From an uncultured Thermodesulfobacteriota bacterium (GTDB taxonomy: Bacteria > Desulfobacterota > RBG-13-43-22), in NCBI GenBank assembly GCA_964609705.1, contig CAZSTT010000003.1, forward strand, positions 1,354 through 51,280: a stretch of 49,927 nucleotides of DNA. The letters run 5' to 3'. Shown piece by piece: positions 15,816 through 24,430 of this stretch; positions within the stretch are counted from its first letter, which is position 1; each line of letters begins with the position of its first letter. The notes under the pieces are model-generated. The model was not told the DNA's origin. It saw only the letters and a list, made by a program, of their open reading frames with translations, and searched no databases. Position numbers and translations under genes: made by a program.

Positions 15816-17365
15816 TGTCATCTCCTCCGCTGATCCTCATTATCTTGGACGGCTGGGGTTTAGCCCCGGATTCTGCGGGAAACGCCGTGACCCAGGCCCG
15901 AACCCCGACCATGGATATTTTGTTCACGAAATGGCCCCACGCCCAACTGCAGTGCTGGGGGGAAGCGGTGGGCCTGCCGGAAGGACAAATGGGGAATTCC
16001 GAAGTGGGCCATCTTAACCTTGGGGCCGGTCGAATTGTCTATCAGGATATTACCCGGATTGACCGGGCCATCCGAACGGGCGATTTTGCGACCCATCCGG
16101 GTTTACTGGGTATGATTCGACAATGCCGGGACGAGGGAATCACCCTTCATCTTCTGGGCCTGGTTTCCGATGGCGGGGTTCATAGCCATCTGAATCACCT
16201 CCTGGCCTTGCTTCATTTGGCTAAAAAAGAAAAATTAGAACGGGTTATGGTCCAGGCGATCACCGATGGGCGCGACACCCCGCCTAAAATGGGTCTGGAA
16301 TTCCTCCGGCAATTACAACAGCAGATCCGCGAAATCGGGGTGGGTCGGATAGCTTCCGTTTGCGGGCGTTTCTATGCCATGGACCGGGACAATCGCTGGG
16401 AAAGGGTGGAACGGGCTTTTCGAGCTTTGACGGAAGGGCAGGGGGTTTTTATTTCGGACCCGGTTCAGGCCTTGGAAGAGGCTTACCAAAATGGGGAAAC
16501 GGATGAATTTGTCTCCCCCCGTCTGATCACAGGAGAAACCGGCCTGCCGCTGGGGACCATTCAGGACGGGGATGCGGTCTTTTTCTTTAATTTCCGGGCG
16601 GATCGGGCCAGAGAGATCTCTCGGGCCTTTATCGAAGAGGATTTTACTCCTTTTCCGGTGGCCGGACGTCCGAAACTTTCGACCTTTATGACCATGACTG
16701 AGTATGACTCCCATTTTTCTCCCAGAGTCAAGGTGGCCTTTCCCCCGCAAAATCTGGTTCATACCCTGGGGGAAACCATCAGCCGTCAGGGGATCCGTCA
16801 GCTTCGGATTGCCGAAACCGAAAAGTATGCCCATGTGACCTATTTTTTTAACGGGGGGGCGGAAACCCCTTTCCCCCTGGAGGAACGTTGTCTGATCCCT
16901 TCCACCCGGGAAGTGCCCACCTATGATTTGAAACCGGCCATGAGTGCTCCGGAAGTGACTCGGGAGATCATCCAAAGGATCAGTTCCCGGCGTTATGGAT
17001 TTATGGTCGTTAATTTTGCCAATCTGGACATGGTCGGTCACACCGGCAATTTGAAAGCGGCCATCCAGGCCTGTGAGGTGGTTGATTCATGTCTCGGTCA
17101 GGTGATTTCGGCCGCTTCTGAACAGGGCGGGATTGTAATATTAACCGGGGACCACGGCAATGCTGAAGAGATGATCGACCGTAAGAACGGGGGGCCTCAT
17201 ACGGCCCACACCTCGGCTAATCCGGTTCCTTTTTTGTTGATTGATCCGGAGCGGCCCCAGGTTCGGGTCAAGGATGGGGTTTTGGCCGATGTAGCCCCCA
17301 CCCTGTTGACACTCCTGAACATCCCAATTCCGGAGGAGATGACCGGGGTGTATCTGCTGAAATAA
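15815..17365 (+). CDS. gpmI: 2,3-bisphosphoglycerate-independent phosphoglycerate mutase
   Basis: LIILDGWGL, NSEVGHLNLGAGR, the full ~515-aa length and C-terminal TGDHGNAE. The ATG at 15815 overlaps the rsfS stop (TGATG). The upstream extension to 15755 is rejected. Confidence 0.93.
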   Translation: MSSPPLILIILDGWGLAPDSAGNAVTQARTPTMDILFTKWPHAQLQCWGEAVGLPEGQMGNSEVGHLNLGAGRIVYQDITRIDRAIRTGDFATHPGLLGMIRQCRDEGITLHLLGLVSDGGVHSHLNHLLALLHLAKKEKLERVMVQAITDGRDTPPKMGLEFLRQLQQQIREIGVGRIASVCGRFYAMDRDNRWERVERAFRALTEGQGVFISDPVQALEEAYQNGETDEFVSPRLITGETGLPLGTIQDGDAVFFFNFRADRAREISRAFIEEDFTPFPVAGRPKLSTFMTMTEYDSHFSPRVKVAFPPQNLVHTLGETISRQGIRQLRIAETEKYAHVTYFFNGGAETPFPLEERCLIPSTREVPTYDLKPAMSAPEVTREIIQRISSRRYGFMVVNFANLDMVGHTGNLKAAIQACEVVDSCLGQVISAASEQGGIVILTGDHGNAEEMIDRKNGGPHTAHTSANPVPFLLIDPERPQVRVKDGVLADVAPTLLTLLNIPIPEEMTGVYLLK

Positions 17366-17379
17366 ATTGAAGGAGCCTA

Positions 17380-18816
17380 ATGCCGAAATATTTCCTTAGA
17401 ATCTTTTCCGGGATATTGGTCGCTCTTCTGTTGGTTCCCCTTCAGCCCTGGGACCCTTTCAGCGGAAGAAAGGTTTATGCCCTGACCAATTCGGAGGAAC
17501 AAAAATTAGGAGAAGAGGTGATCCGGGAGGTAGAAAGTAAATTCACTCTGATCCGGGACCCTTTGATTCTGGATTATCTGAATAAACTGGGTTGGGAAAT
17601 CCTGAAGCAGGCCGGTGTCCAGCCTTATCCTTTCCGCTTTTATATATTGAAAGATCCCCAGTTAAATGCCTTCTCTGTACCGGGGGGACATATTTTTCTA
17701 ACTACCGGTATTATTGAAATCATGGACTCGGAAGGAGAACTGGCCGGCTTACTTGGCCATGAGATTGCCCATATCGCACGCCATCATATTTCATCACAAA
17801 TCGAAAAACAAAAAAAGATCGGCTTGGCCACTATAGCCGCGGTCCTGCTCGGGGTCCTCGCCGGAGACCCTACCATCGCCGGTGCCGCTATTGTCGGTTC
17901 TCTGGCCACAGCCCAGACCTTTATGCTTAAATACAGCCGAGAAAACGAGGACGATGCCGATAATTATGGATTCAAATATATGTCCGGGGCGGGGTTCGAT
18001 CCCAAGACCATGATCGACCTTCTGGACAAACTTCGACGTTGGGGATCCTTTGGTTCCGAAGGGGTCCCGGCTTATATGCAAACCCACCCCTTGAGCGGAG
18101 ACCGTATGTCGCATGTAGAGGATTTATTGCACCGCTATGAGAACCAGGGACCCTGGAAGAGATCGAGTTCCGATGAATTTCGCCGTCTCCAAACGGTTGT
18201 ACTGACCAATTATGGAGACTTACAACGGGCCCGCAATCGTTTTCAATCCTGGTCCAAAGACAGCGCATCCCAGTTTTGGGTTTTTTATGGCCAAGGCTGG
18301 CTTGACCTCCGGGAAGGAAAATTCGACTCGGCCGTCACTCAATTTGAAAAGGCGGCAACCCTCAAGCCCCAAGATCTCTACATTTTGAGAGATCTTGGGC
18401 AGGTTTTTATGAAGACAGGGAATTATGAAAAGGCTATCCAAAAATTAGGGCAGGCCTCTCTGGTTGATCCCAAAGACAGTACCACGGCTTTTCTTCTGGG
18501 TCGGGCCTACCAGGAAAAAGGAGAAAACCTGTTAGCCCTGGAAAATTTTAAAAAATCATTAAGTCTCGGTTCGGAGGAAGATAGCCTATATTATTATTTA
18601 GGTATGACCTATGGAAGCCTCAACAATTTGGGTCAGGCCCATTATTATTTGGGAAAATCTTTCGGGAAGAAGGGCGACCGGGAAAAAGCCTTGTTTCACT
18701 TCAAAACCGCCAGGAGATATGTTGACCAAGATCCGGGTCAAAAAGAGCGTATAGAAAAAGAAATAAAAAATATTGAGTCCGAAAAGATCAAGGGAAAGAA
18801 AACCAATCCACAATAA
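17380..18816 (+). CDS. M48 family zinc metalloprotease with C-terminal TPR repeats (BepA/YfgC-like)
   Basis: Signal peptide, HEIAHIARHH (HExxH), and TPR-like repeats in the C-terminal half. Confidence 0.85.
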   Translation: MPKYFLRIFSGILVALLLVPLQPWDPFSGRKVYALTNSEEQKLGEEVIREVESKFTLIRDPLILDYLNKLGWEILKQAGVQPYPFRFYILKDPQLNAFSVPGGHIFLTTGIIEIMDSEGELAGLLGHEIAHIARHHISSQIEKQKKIGLATIAAVLLGVLAGDPTIAGAAIVGSLATAQTFMLKYSRENEDDADNYGFKYMSGAGFDPKTMIDLLDKLRRWGSFGSEGVPAYMQTHPLSGDRMSHVEDLLHRYENQGPWKRSSSDEFRRLQTVVLTNYGDLQRARNRFQSWSKDSASQFWVFYGQGWLDLREGKFDSAVTQFEKAATLKPQDLYILRDLGQVFMKTGNYEKAIQKLGQASLVDPKDSTTAFLLGRAYQEKGENLLALENFKKSLSLGSEEDSLYYYLGMTYGSLNNLGQAHYYLGKSFGKKGDREKALFHFKTARRYVDQDPGQKERIEKEIKNIESEKIKGKKTNPQ

Positions 18817-18863
18817 AAAGGGGCATCCCCGGGGGTCTCAAAGGTGGCCCATGAGGGAGAGAA

Positions 18864-19298
18864 TCATTCGGAATTCCGAGTCCGGACTTTTTTGTTCAGA
18901 TATTCTTCGAAGGTAGGAAAAGGGGTGAGGCCGGGACAGGAATTGCGGGCCGTTTCCCAATTGACTTGATCGGTGAGCATAGGCGGGAAGAAAGGCCATT
19001 GCCGGCAAGGAGCGGGCTTGACTTCGTGGATGCTGCATCGGCCTTTCTGGGAAAAATGGCAGTATCCGTCTTCCCGGGTGTGGATATAAATCTTTCCATT
19101 TTTCTGGAGACAGAATTTATGAAGAAAATTTTGTTGGGAAAGGTTTAAAAATAGCGAAATGCGTCTAATCTCTTCCCGGGAAAGATAGATCCCCCCTTCG
19201 CCCTGGCAGCAGGTCCCGCATTGGGTGCATTCAAAAAGGTCCATGGCTTTTTGAAAGAGAATAGGATGGGCTTTGGGTGATTTTGTTTTTTCCTTCAT
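18864..19298 (-). CDS. YkgJ family cysteine-cluster protein (UPF0153)
   Basis: The CTQCGTCCQGEGG motif (CxxCxxCC) and a further Cys pattern are typical of the YkgJ/UPF0153 family. Confidence 0.75.
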   Translation of the reverse strand: MKEKTKSPKAHPILFQKAMDLFECTQCGTCCQGEGGIYLSREEIRRISLFLNLSQQNFLHKFCLQKNGKIYIHTREDGYCHFSQKGRCSIHEVKPAPCRQWPFFPPMLTDQVNWETARNSCPGLTPFPTFEEYLNKKVRTRNSE

Positions 19299-19315
19299 GG
19301 TTCCATTTCAGTTCA

Positions 19316-19500
19316 GTGCGAAAATAGGGTTCATCTACTCAACGAGTTCTATTTTCATGTTTTGGTAGTGCCACGCCCTTGGCGGGGCATGACGGCTTAA
19401 TACGAAAATAGGGTTCAAGGATTCTAGGGTTCAGACGCTCGATTTTATCGAGCTCTAAAAAAAGTTCCCCTTCTGGGAACCGCTGGGTTTAGTTCCCAGG
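19316..19500 (+). repeat. modular multi-hairpin intergenic repeat, copy B (M1, M4, a second M1 start, extra hairpins)
   Basis: GAAAATAGG (19320-19328) ... CTATTTTC (19349-19356). M4-like segment at 19368-19393. A second GAAAATAGG at 19404-19412. Hairpins GCTCGA-tttta-TCGAGC (19437-19453), GTTCCC-cttct-GGGAAC (19464-19480) and CTGGG-N7-CCCAG (19483-19499). Confidence 0.8.
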
Positions 19501-19552
19501 CCATTCACTCGAATTCTTGACCCCTTGAATCCAGATTTTCAATTTATTTTAA

Positions 19553-19581
19553 TTGACAAAAAGGAAAAAGGAAAGTAAATT
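19553..19581 (+). promoter_or_regulatory. sigma-70-like promoter of rpsF-rpsR (TTGACA-17-TAAATT)
   Basis: TTGACA at 19553-19558, a 17-nt spacer, TAAATT at 19576-19581. The leader then contains the hairpin GCCCCC-ATA-GGGGGC (19596-19610) before the Shine-Dalgarno. Confidence 0.4.
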
Positions 19582-19633
19582 ATTAATTTCCCCTTGCCCC
19601 CATAGGGGGCTTTAATAGCCATAAGGAGGAAGT

Positions 19634-20062
19634 ATGAGGAGATATGACCTTATTTTTATCGTTCAGCCGGATCTGAGTGATGAGGAGACCAAAGCCGTTT
19701 CGGATAAATATCTTCAGATCATAACGGCCCAAAAAGGAATTATTATAAAGACCGAGGACTGGGGCAAACGGCGTCTGGCCTATGATATTAAAAAGCAATC
19801 CAGAGGGACCTATTTCCTGGTTGATTTTTACGGCCCCGGAGCCATGATTCGAGAGATTGAACGAAACCTTAAAATTGATGATAACATACTTAAATTTATA
19901 ACAGTTAAGACCAGAGATCCTTTCAATCCCGAAACCCTGGAAGAAGAAAGAAAGAAAGAGCAACTCCTTCAGGAATCCCAAATCCCTCCCGATGAACCAG
20001 AGCCGGTCGTAACCCAGGAAGCGGTTGTGGAAGAAATCGATTCAGAAAAGGAAGGAGAATAG
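19634..20062 (+). CDS. rpsF: 30S ribosomal protein S6 (acidic C-terminal tail)
   Basis: MRRYDLIFIVQPDLSDEE... is canonical S6. A strong Shine-Dalgarno AAGGAGG precedes it. Confidence 0.95.
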   Translation: MRRYDLIFIVQPDLSDEETKAVSDKYLQIITAQKGIIIKTEDWGKRRLAYDIKKQSRGTYFLVDFYGPGAMIREIERNLKIDDNILKFITVKTRDPFNPETLEEERKKEQLLQESQIPPDEPEPVVTQEAVVEEIDSEKEGE

Positions 20063-20065
20063 ACC

Positions 20066-20317
20066 ATGCTGCAACCCAGAAGGAAGAAAAGAATTTTCCC
20101 CCGCCGGAAGGTCTGCCGTTTTTGTGCCGATAGTACGATGATCATCGATTATAAGGATTCTAAATTATTGAAACATTTTACTTCCGAACGGGGAAAGATC
20201 ATCCCCCGAAGGATCACCGGAAATTGTGCCAAACATCAAAGGGAATTAACGGCCGCTATTAAAAGGGCCCGTCAGATCGCCCTGCTGCCCTATCTGGCTA
20301 CCTCCATTCAACATTAA
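20066..20317 (+). CDS. rpsR: 30S ribosomal protein S18
   Basis: CRFC...[37 protein letters not shown] is canonical S18. Confidence 0.95.
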   Translation: MLQPRRKKRIFPRRKVCRFCADSTMIIDYKDSKLLKHFTSERGKIIPRRITGNCAKHQRELTAAIKRARQIALLPYLATSIQH

Positions 20318-20356
20318 AAGAGTCCCGGATTCAAGGATTCCAAAGCGATCTTGATC

Positions 20357-20383
20357 GGACTCCCCCGGGAGTCCATCCTTTTT
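20357..20383 (+). terminator. rho-independent terminator after rpsR
   Basis: GGACTCCC-CC-GGGAGTCC perfect 8-bp stem (20357-20374) followed by ATCCTTTTT. Confidence 0.55.
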
Positions 20384-20639
20384 GAATTGATGGTCAGGGG
20401 CATCGGATTGTCTTAGAAGGAATGGCTCTGAACCTAAGATTTGCCCAGGACTTATTTCTTTTCCCCTTGAACAAGGGGAGACTTTTGAAAAAAGCCCCCT
20501 TTTGTCTAATCTCTGCACCAGGCGAAAATTTCGACCTTCGAAACATTATATTGATTCCTGTGGTTGAAATTTTCGTCTTCCTTGACCATAGTCAAAATTA
20601 AACTTTTTTCAAAGGTCTCAAAGGTTTCATCCCAAAAGC

Positions 20640-20668
20640 TTGCCTTGAGCGAAAAAATCAGATAAAAT
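20640..20668 (+). promoter_or_regulatory. sigma-70-like promoter of rplI-dnaB (TTGCCT-17-TAAAAT)
   Basis: TTGCCT at 20640-20645, a 17-nt spacer, TAAAAT at 20663-20668. It lies 30 nt upstream of the rplI ATG. Confidence 0.45.
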
Positions 20669-20697
20669 CACGCTAACATCTTCAGGAGGTTTGGATT

Positions 20698-21144
20698 ATG
20701 AAAGTTATTTTAAAAGAAGATATCTCCACCCTGGGAAAAGCCGGTGACCTGGTGGAGGTGACCAGGGGTTACGGTCGAAATTATTTGATCCCCCAGGGAA
20801 AAGCCCTGGAAGCCACGCCCCATCACCAGAGAGAGCTGGAAGAGCAAAAACGGATTATCTTAAAAAGAAAAGCCCAAGCGCTGGAAAGCGCTCGAACACA
20901 GGCTGAAAAATTTGAGTTATTCACCCTTGAACTGTCCCGCAAGGTACAGGAGGAAGGGAAATTATACGGATCGGTATCGGCCAAAGACCTGATAGAAAAA
21001 TTGGCTGAGCAAAATATTGTGCTGGACCGGAAAATGATTTCTTTAAAGGACCCGATCCGCAGTCTGGGCCAATATGAAGTTCCTATTAAATTGGATGCCG
21101 GGATCACCGCCACCCTGAAGGTATCGGTAGTGGAAGACAAATAA
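20698..21144 (+). CDS. rplI: 50S ribosomal protein L9
   Basis: MKVILKEDISTLGKAGDLVEVTRGYGRNYLIPQGKA is canonical L9. Shine-Dalgarno AGGAGG. Confidence 0.95.
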   Translation: MKVILKEDISTLGKAGDLVEVTRGYGRNYLIPQGKALEATPHHQRELEEQKRIILKRKAQALESARTQAEKFELFTLELSRKVQEEGKLYGSVSAKDLIEKLAEQNIVLDRKMISLKDPIRSLGQYEVPIKLDAGITATLKVSVVEDK

Positions 21145-21149
21145 AATTA

Positions 21150-22502
21150 ATGAGTAATGAGGATTCCGCCAATTTAAAAATCCCTCCTCAGAACCTGGAG
21201 GCTGAGCAGTCGGTTCTAGGAAGCGTTCTACTGGAACCGGAAGCCCTCTCCCGTGTCCTGGAGGTCATGACCGGCGATGACTTCTACCGTGAGGCCCACC
21301 GCAAGATATTTGCCTCCATGCTGGATCTTTATCGAAAAGGGACCCCGGTCGATCTGATTACCCTAACCGAGATTCTCCAAAATAAAGGACAGTTGGACGA
21401 AATCGGAGGGGCCAGCTATCTGACTTCATTGACGGATGCCATTCCCTCGGCTATTCATGTGGATGTCTATGCCCGGATCATCCGGGAAAAGTCCATCCTC
21501 CGACGCCTGATCAACCGGGCCACCGAGATTGCCGGCAAAGGGTATACTTTTACCGGTGATGCCGAAGACCTGCTGGATGAGGCTGAAAAATCGATCTTTG
21601 CCATCTCCGAGGATAAGATCAATCCTCAGGTTTATCCCCTCAGTCTGGTCATCAAAGAGAGTATCGGGACCATCGAACAATCATTCGACCGCAAGGAAAT
21701 GGTCACCGGGGTTCCCACCGGGTTCACCCTGCTGGACAAACTCACTTCCGGCCTTCAAAACTCCGACCTGATTATCATTGCCGGCCGCCCGAGTATGGGA
21801 AAAACGGCCTTTGCCTTAAATATAGCCAGAAACGCTGCGGTGGATCATGAAGTGCCGGTAGTGGTTTTTTCTTTAGAGATGTCCAGGCAACAACTGGCCT
21901 TGCGGTTGCTTTGCAGCGAGGCTAAGGTTGATTCCTATAAGGTACGGAGCGGGTTTTTCGGGGAACCGGAGTGGGCCAGGTTAACTACTGCCGCCGGGGT
22001 TTTATCGGAGGCCCCGATCTTTATCGATGATTCAGCGACCATGACCGTTTTACAGATGCGGGCCAAGGCCCGACGGTTAAAGTCGGAACAAGGTCTGGGT
22101 TTGGTGGTGATCGATTACCTTCAGTTAATGAAAGGGAGAGATGGCAGCGAACGAAGGGAGCAGGAAATATCCGAGATATCCCGGTCTCTAAAAGCCCTGG
22201 CCAAGGAATTGAACCTCCCGGTTATTGCCTTGTCCCAGCTCAATCGACGGCCGGAAGGCCGGGATGATAAAAAACCGGTCCTGGCCGATCTCAGGGAATC
22301 CGGGGCCATCGAACAGGATGCTGATTTGATTTGCTTTATCTTCCGGGAAGAAATGTACGAGGAAAATTCCAAGCACAAGGGGATCGCTGAAATTTTACTC
22401 CGAAAGCATCGCAATGGACCGACCGGTTCGGTTCCTTTGAAATTTTTTAATGAACAAACCAGGTTTGAAAATCTGGCCTTGGACCTTGAAGAACCCTTTT
22501 AA
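21150..22502 (+). CDS. dnaB: replicative DNA helicase DnaB
   Basis: PPQNLEAEQSVLGSVL N-terminus, Walker A GRPSMGKTAF, SLEMS, and the conserved rplI-dnaB order. No intein insertion, since the length is a normal 450 aa. Confidence 0.96.
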   Translation: MSNEDSANLKIPPQNLEAEQSVLGSVLLEPEALSRVLEVMTGDDFYREAHRKIFASMLDLYRKGTPVDLITLTEILQNKGQLDEIGGASYLTSLTDAIPSAIHVDVYARIIREKSILRRLINRATEIAGKGYTFTGDAEDLLDEAEKSIFAISEDKINPQVYPLSLVIKESIGTIEQSFDRKEMVTGVPTGFTLLDKLTSGLQNSDLIIIAGRPSMGKTAFALNIARNAAVDHEVPVVVFSLEMSRQQLALRLLCSEAKVDSYKVRSGFFGEPEWARLTTAAGVLSEAPIFIDDSATMTVLQMRAKARRLKSEQGLGLVVIDYLQLMKGRDGSERREQEISEISRSLKALAKELNLPVIALSQLNRRPEGRDDKKPVLADLRESGAIEQDADLICFIFREEMYEENSKHKGIAEILLRKHRNGPTGSVPLKFFNEQTRFENLALDLEEPF

Positions 22503-22725
22503 ACCGCCGTGTCCTGCCTTTTGGACAGGGCACCTCGAGCCGGTCGGCTTATCGGCTCCCCAAGGGAGCCTTTTCTAAAGCTCGGCGATACGGCTTCCGA
22601 ATGGAAGCCTCTTGGAGCTCGGCAAAGCCGAGCGGATCGAGCGGCCCGACCTAAACAGGAGGCCTCCAAGGAGGCCGGGACATAAAAACAGGGCTCTGTT
22701 GACTCTGTACGCTATTTTCGCACAA
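22503..22725 (+). repeat. modular multi-hairpin intergenic repeat, copy D (M2, M3 and extra hairpins; inverted M1 arm at the 3' end)
   Basis: Hairpins GGCTCCC-caa-GGGAGCC (22554-22570), GGCTTCC-gaat-GGAAGCC (22592-22609), GCTCGGC-aaa-GCCGAGC (22617-22633) and GGCCTCC-aa-GGAGGCC (22661-22676). It ends with GCTATTTTCGCAC, the reverse complement of the M1 5' arm. Confidence 0.8.
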
Positions 22726-22738
22726 TAAGGACCAGATC

Positions 22739-24361
22739 ATTCACCGTATCTTCGGACAAACGGCCGGTCTCAAGGCCCTCCATATAAAAAAACTCGAATC
22801 TCTATTTCGCCGACAGATCAATCCTTCCCAAATTGTTTCTCCTGACCTAGCTTTTTTTATAGCCCAACTTTCTTGTGAACTCAATCGCCAAATCGGTCTG
22901 TTAATCAACCGGAGAGGCGGAATCGAAACCGTGATCGTTGGGGATGACCAATCCATCGTCATCCCCCATTTGTCCCAATCCCGGATAGGGGCCGGGCGGC
23001 TCAAGGGCCTTCGGTTACTCCATACCCATTTAAAAGGGGAACCGATCAGCGAGGAAGACAAAATGGATTTAGCCCTGCTGCGGCTGGATATGATAACCGC
23101 CATCGGGGTCAATCCAGCCGGACAGGCGCAGCGACTGTATTCGGTCCACTTGCTGCCCGACAATCCGGAAGGGAAACAATGGATCGTAATGGATCCGGAA
23201 CAAATCGGGCAATCCGGCGTGGAAGTCGATGGATTGATCCGCTCTCTCGAGGAGGAATGGGGCAGAAAGATTGCATCCAAAAAAATTCCTCTCCAGGGCG
23301 AAAAGGCGATTCTGGTCAGTGTGACCACCCTGCCCAGGGCCTCCGTCCAGGAATCCATGCAGGAGTTGGAGGAATTGGCCCGCTCTGCTGGTCTTTGGGT
23401 ATTGGAAACGGTGATTCAGTCCAGAAAAGAGGTCAACTCTAAATTCCTTATGGGCAAAGACCGGTTGAGCAGTCTGTCCATCCGGGCTCTCCAACTCGGG
23501 GCCACCCTATTGATTTTTGATCAGGACTTGAACCCATCCCAAGTCCGCTCTTTAACCGATTTCACCGATCTGAAAGTTATCGACCGGACCCAGTTGATCC
23601 TGGATATCTTTGCCCAACGGGCCAGGACCCGGGAGGGCAAACTCCAAGTGGAGATGGCCCAATTGAAATATATCCTGCCTCGTCTGGTCGGGAGGGACGA
23701 TGCCCTTTCACGGTTGACCGGGGGGATTGGAGGCCGGGGACCTGGAGAAACCAGATTGGAAATCGACCGTCGCCGGGTCCGGGAAAAAATTCATCGCCTT
23801 CAAAATGAATTGGAGGCCATCCGAACCCAGCGTAAGCAAAGGCGGGGGAAAAGGATCCGGAAGGGATTACCGGTGATCTCCATTGTCGGTTACACCAATG
23901 CCGGTAAATCCACTCTTTTAAATACCCTGACGGGCAGTCACCTGAAGGCCGAAAATCTCTATTTTGCCACTCTGGATCCGACCAGTCGTCGACTTCGATT
24001 TCCCAGGGAACAAGAAGTCATTATCACCGATACCGTTGGCTTTATAAAAAATCTTCCCAAGGATTTGCTGACCGCCTTTCGGGCCACCCTGGAAGAATTG
24101 GAAGATGCCGATCTCCTCTTACATGTCATTGATATCAGTCACCCCCGATTCGAGGATCAGATGTCGGTTGTAGAAAATCTGTTGGATGAGTTGGGCCTTT
24201 CCCGGATCCGGACCCTTCGGGTCTTCAATAAGGTCGATCTGGTTTCCCGGGAATATGCGGCTACCCAGTGCGCCCGCTATCAGGCCGTCACGATCTGCGC
24301 TTTACAGGAAGAAACCTTGGGAAAATTGCTGAGTGCCATGGAACAGGCTATCCCCTTTTAA
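22739..24361 (+). CDS. hflX: GTPase HflX (long form); apparent non-AUG (ATT/ATC) start
   Basis: G domain GYTNAGKST, DTVGF, NKVD. In-frame translation upstream of the ORF-track GTG (22931) continues with a HflX-like N-terminal domain (IFGQTAGLKALHIKKLESLFRR...IGLLINRRGGIETVIVGD) back to a stop at 22700. That stretch has no in-frame ATG/GTG/TTG. AAGGA at 22727-22731 lies 7 nt before ATT 22739. Confidence 0.88.
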   Translation: MHRIFGQTAGLKALHIKKLESLFRRQINPSQIVSPDLAFFIAQLSCELNRQIGLLINRRGGIETVIVGDDQSIVIPHLSQSRIGAGRLKGLRLLHTHLKGEPISEEDKMDLALLRLDMITAIGVNPAGQAQRLYSVHLLPDNPEGKQWIVMDPEQIGQSGVEVDGLIRSLEEEWGRKIASKKIPLQGEKAILVSVTTLPRASVQESMQELEELARSAGLWVLETVIQSRKEVNSKFLMGKDRLSSLSIRALQLGATLLIFDQDLNPSQVRSLTDFTDLKVIDRTQLILDIFAQRARTREGKLQVEMAQLKYILPRLVGRDDALSRLTGGIGGRGPGETRLEIDRRRVREKIHRLQNELEAIRTQRKQRRGKRIRKGLPVISIVGYTNAGKSTLLNTLTGSHLKAENLYFATLDPTSRRLRFPREQEVIITDTVGFIKNLPKDLLTAFRATLEELEDADLLLHVIDISHPRFEDQMSVVENLLDELGLSRIRTLRVFNKVDLVSREYAATQCARYQAVTICALQEETLGKLLSAMEQAIPF

Positions 24362-24430
24362 TATTCGGGGAAATGGGGAGGCCTAAGGTAACGGTTGCAA
24401 TCTATAGGGTTTTCATTATAGTACCTTTAT

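Noticed and set aside
17991-18003. GGGGTTCGATCCC, a T-arm-like motif suggesting a tRNA.
   Set aside because: It lies inside the well-supported M48 protease reading frame (…GAGFDPKT…), and no acceptor or anticodon arms can be built around it.
19582-19633. The rpsF leader hairpin (GCCCCC-ATA-GGGGGC) could be a novel regulatory RNA.
   Set aside because: S6:S18-responsive leaders upstream of rpsF are already described in bacteria. A short hairpin next to the Shine-Dalgarno fits that known mechanism, so it is noted in the promoter feature and not claimed as new.
20246-20518. 90-aa minus-strand ORF within the rpsR-rplI spacer.
   Set aside because: It overlaps the 3' end of rpsR, has no Shine-Dalgarno, shows no similarity I recognise, and spans the terminator hairpin. 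It was treated as non-coding.
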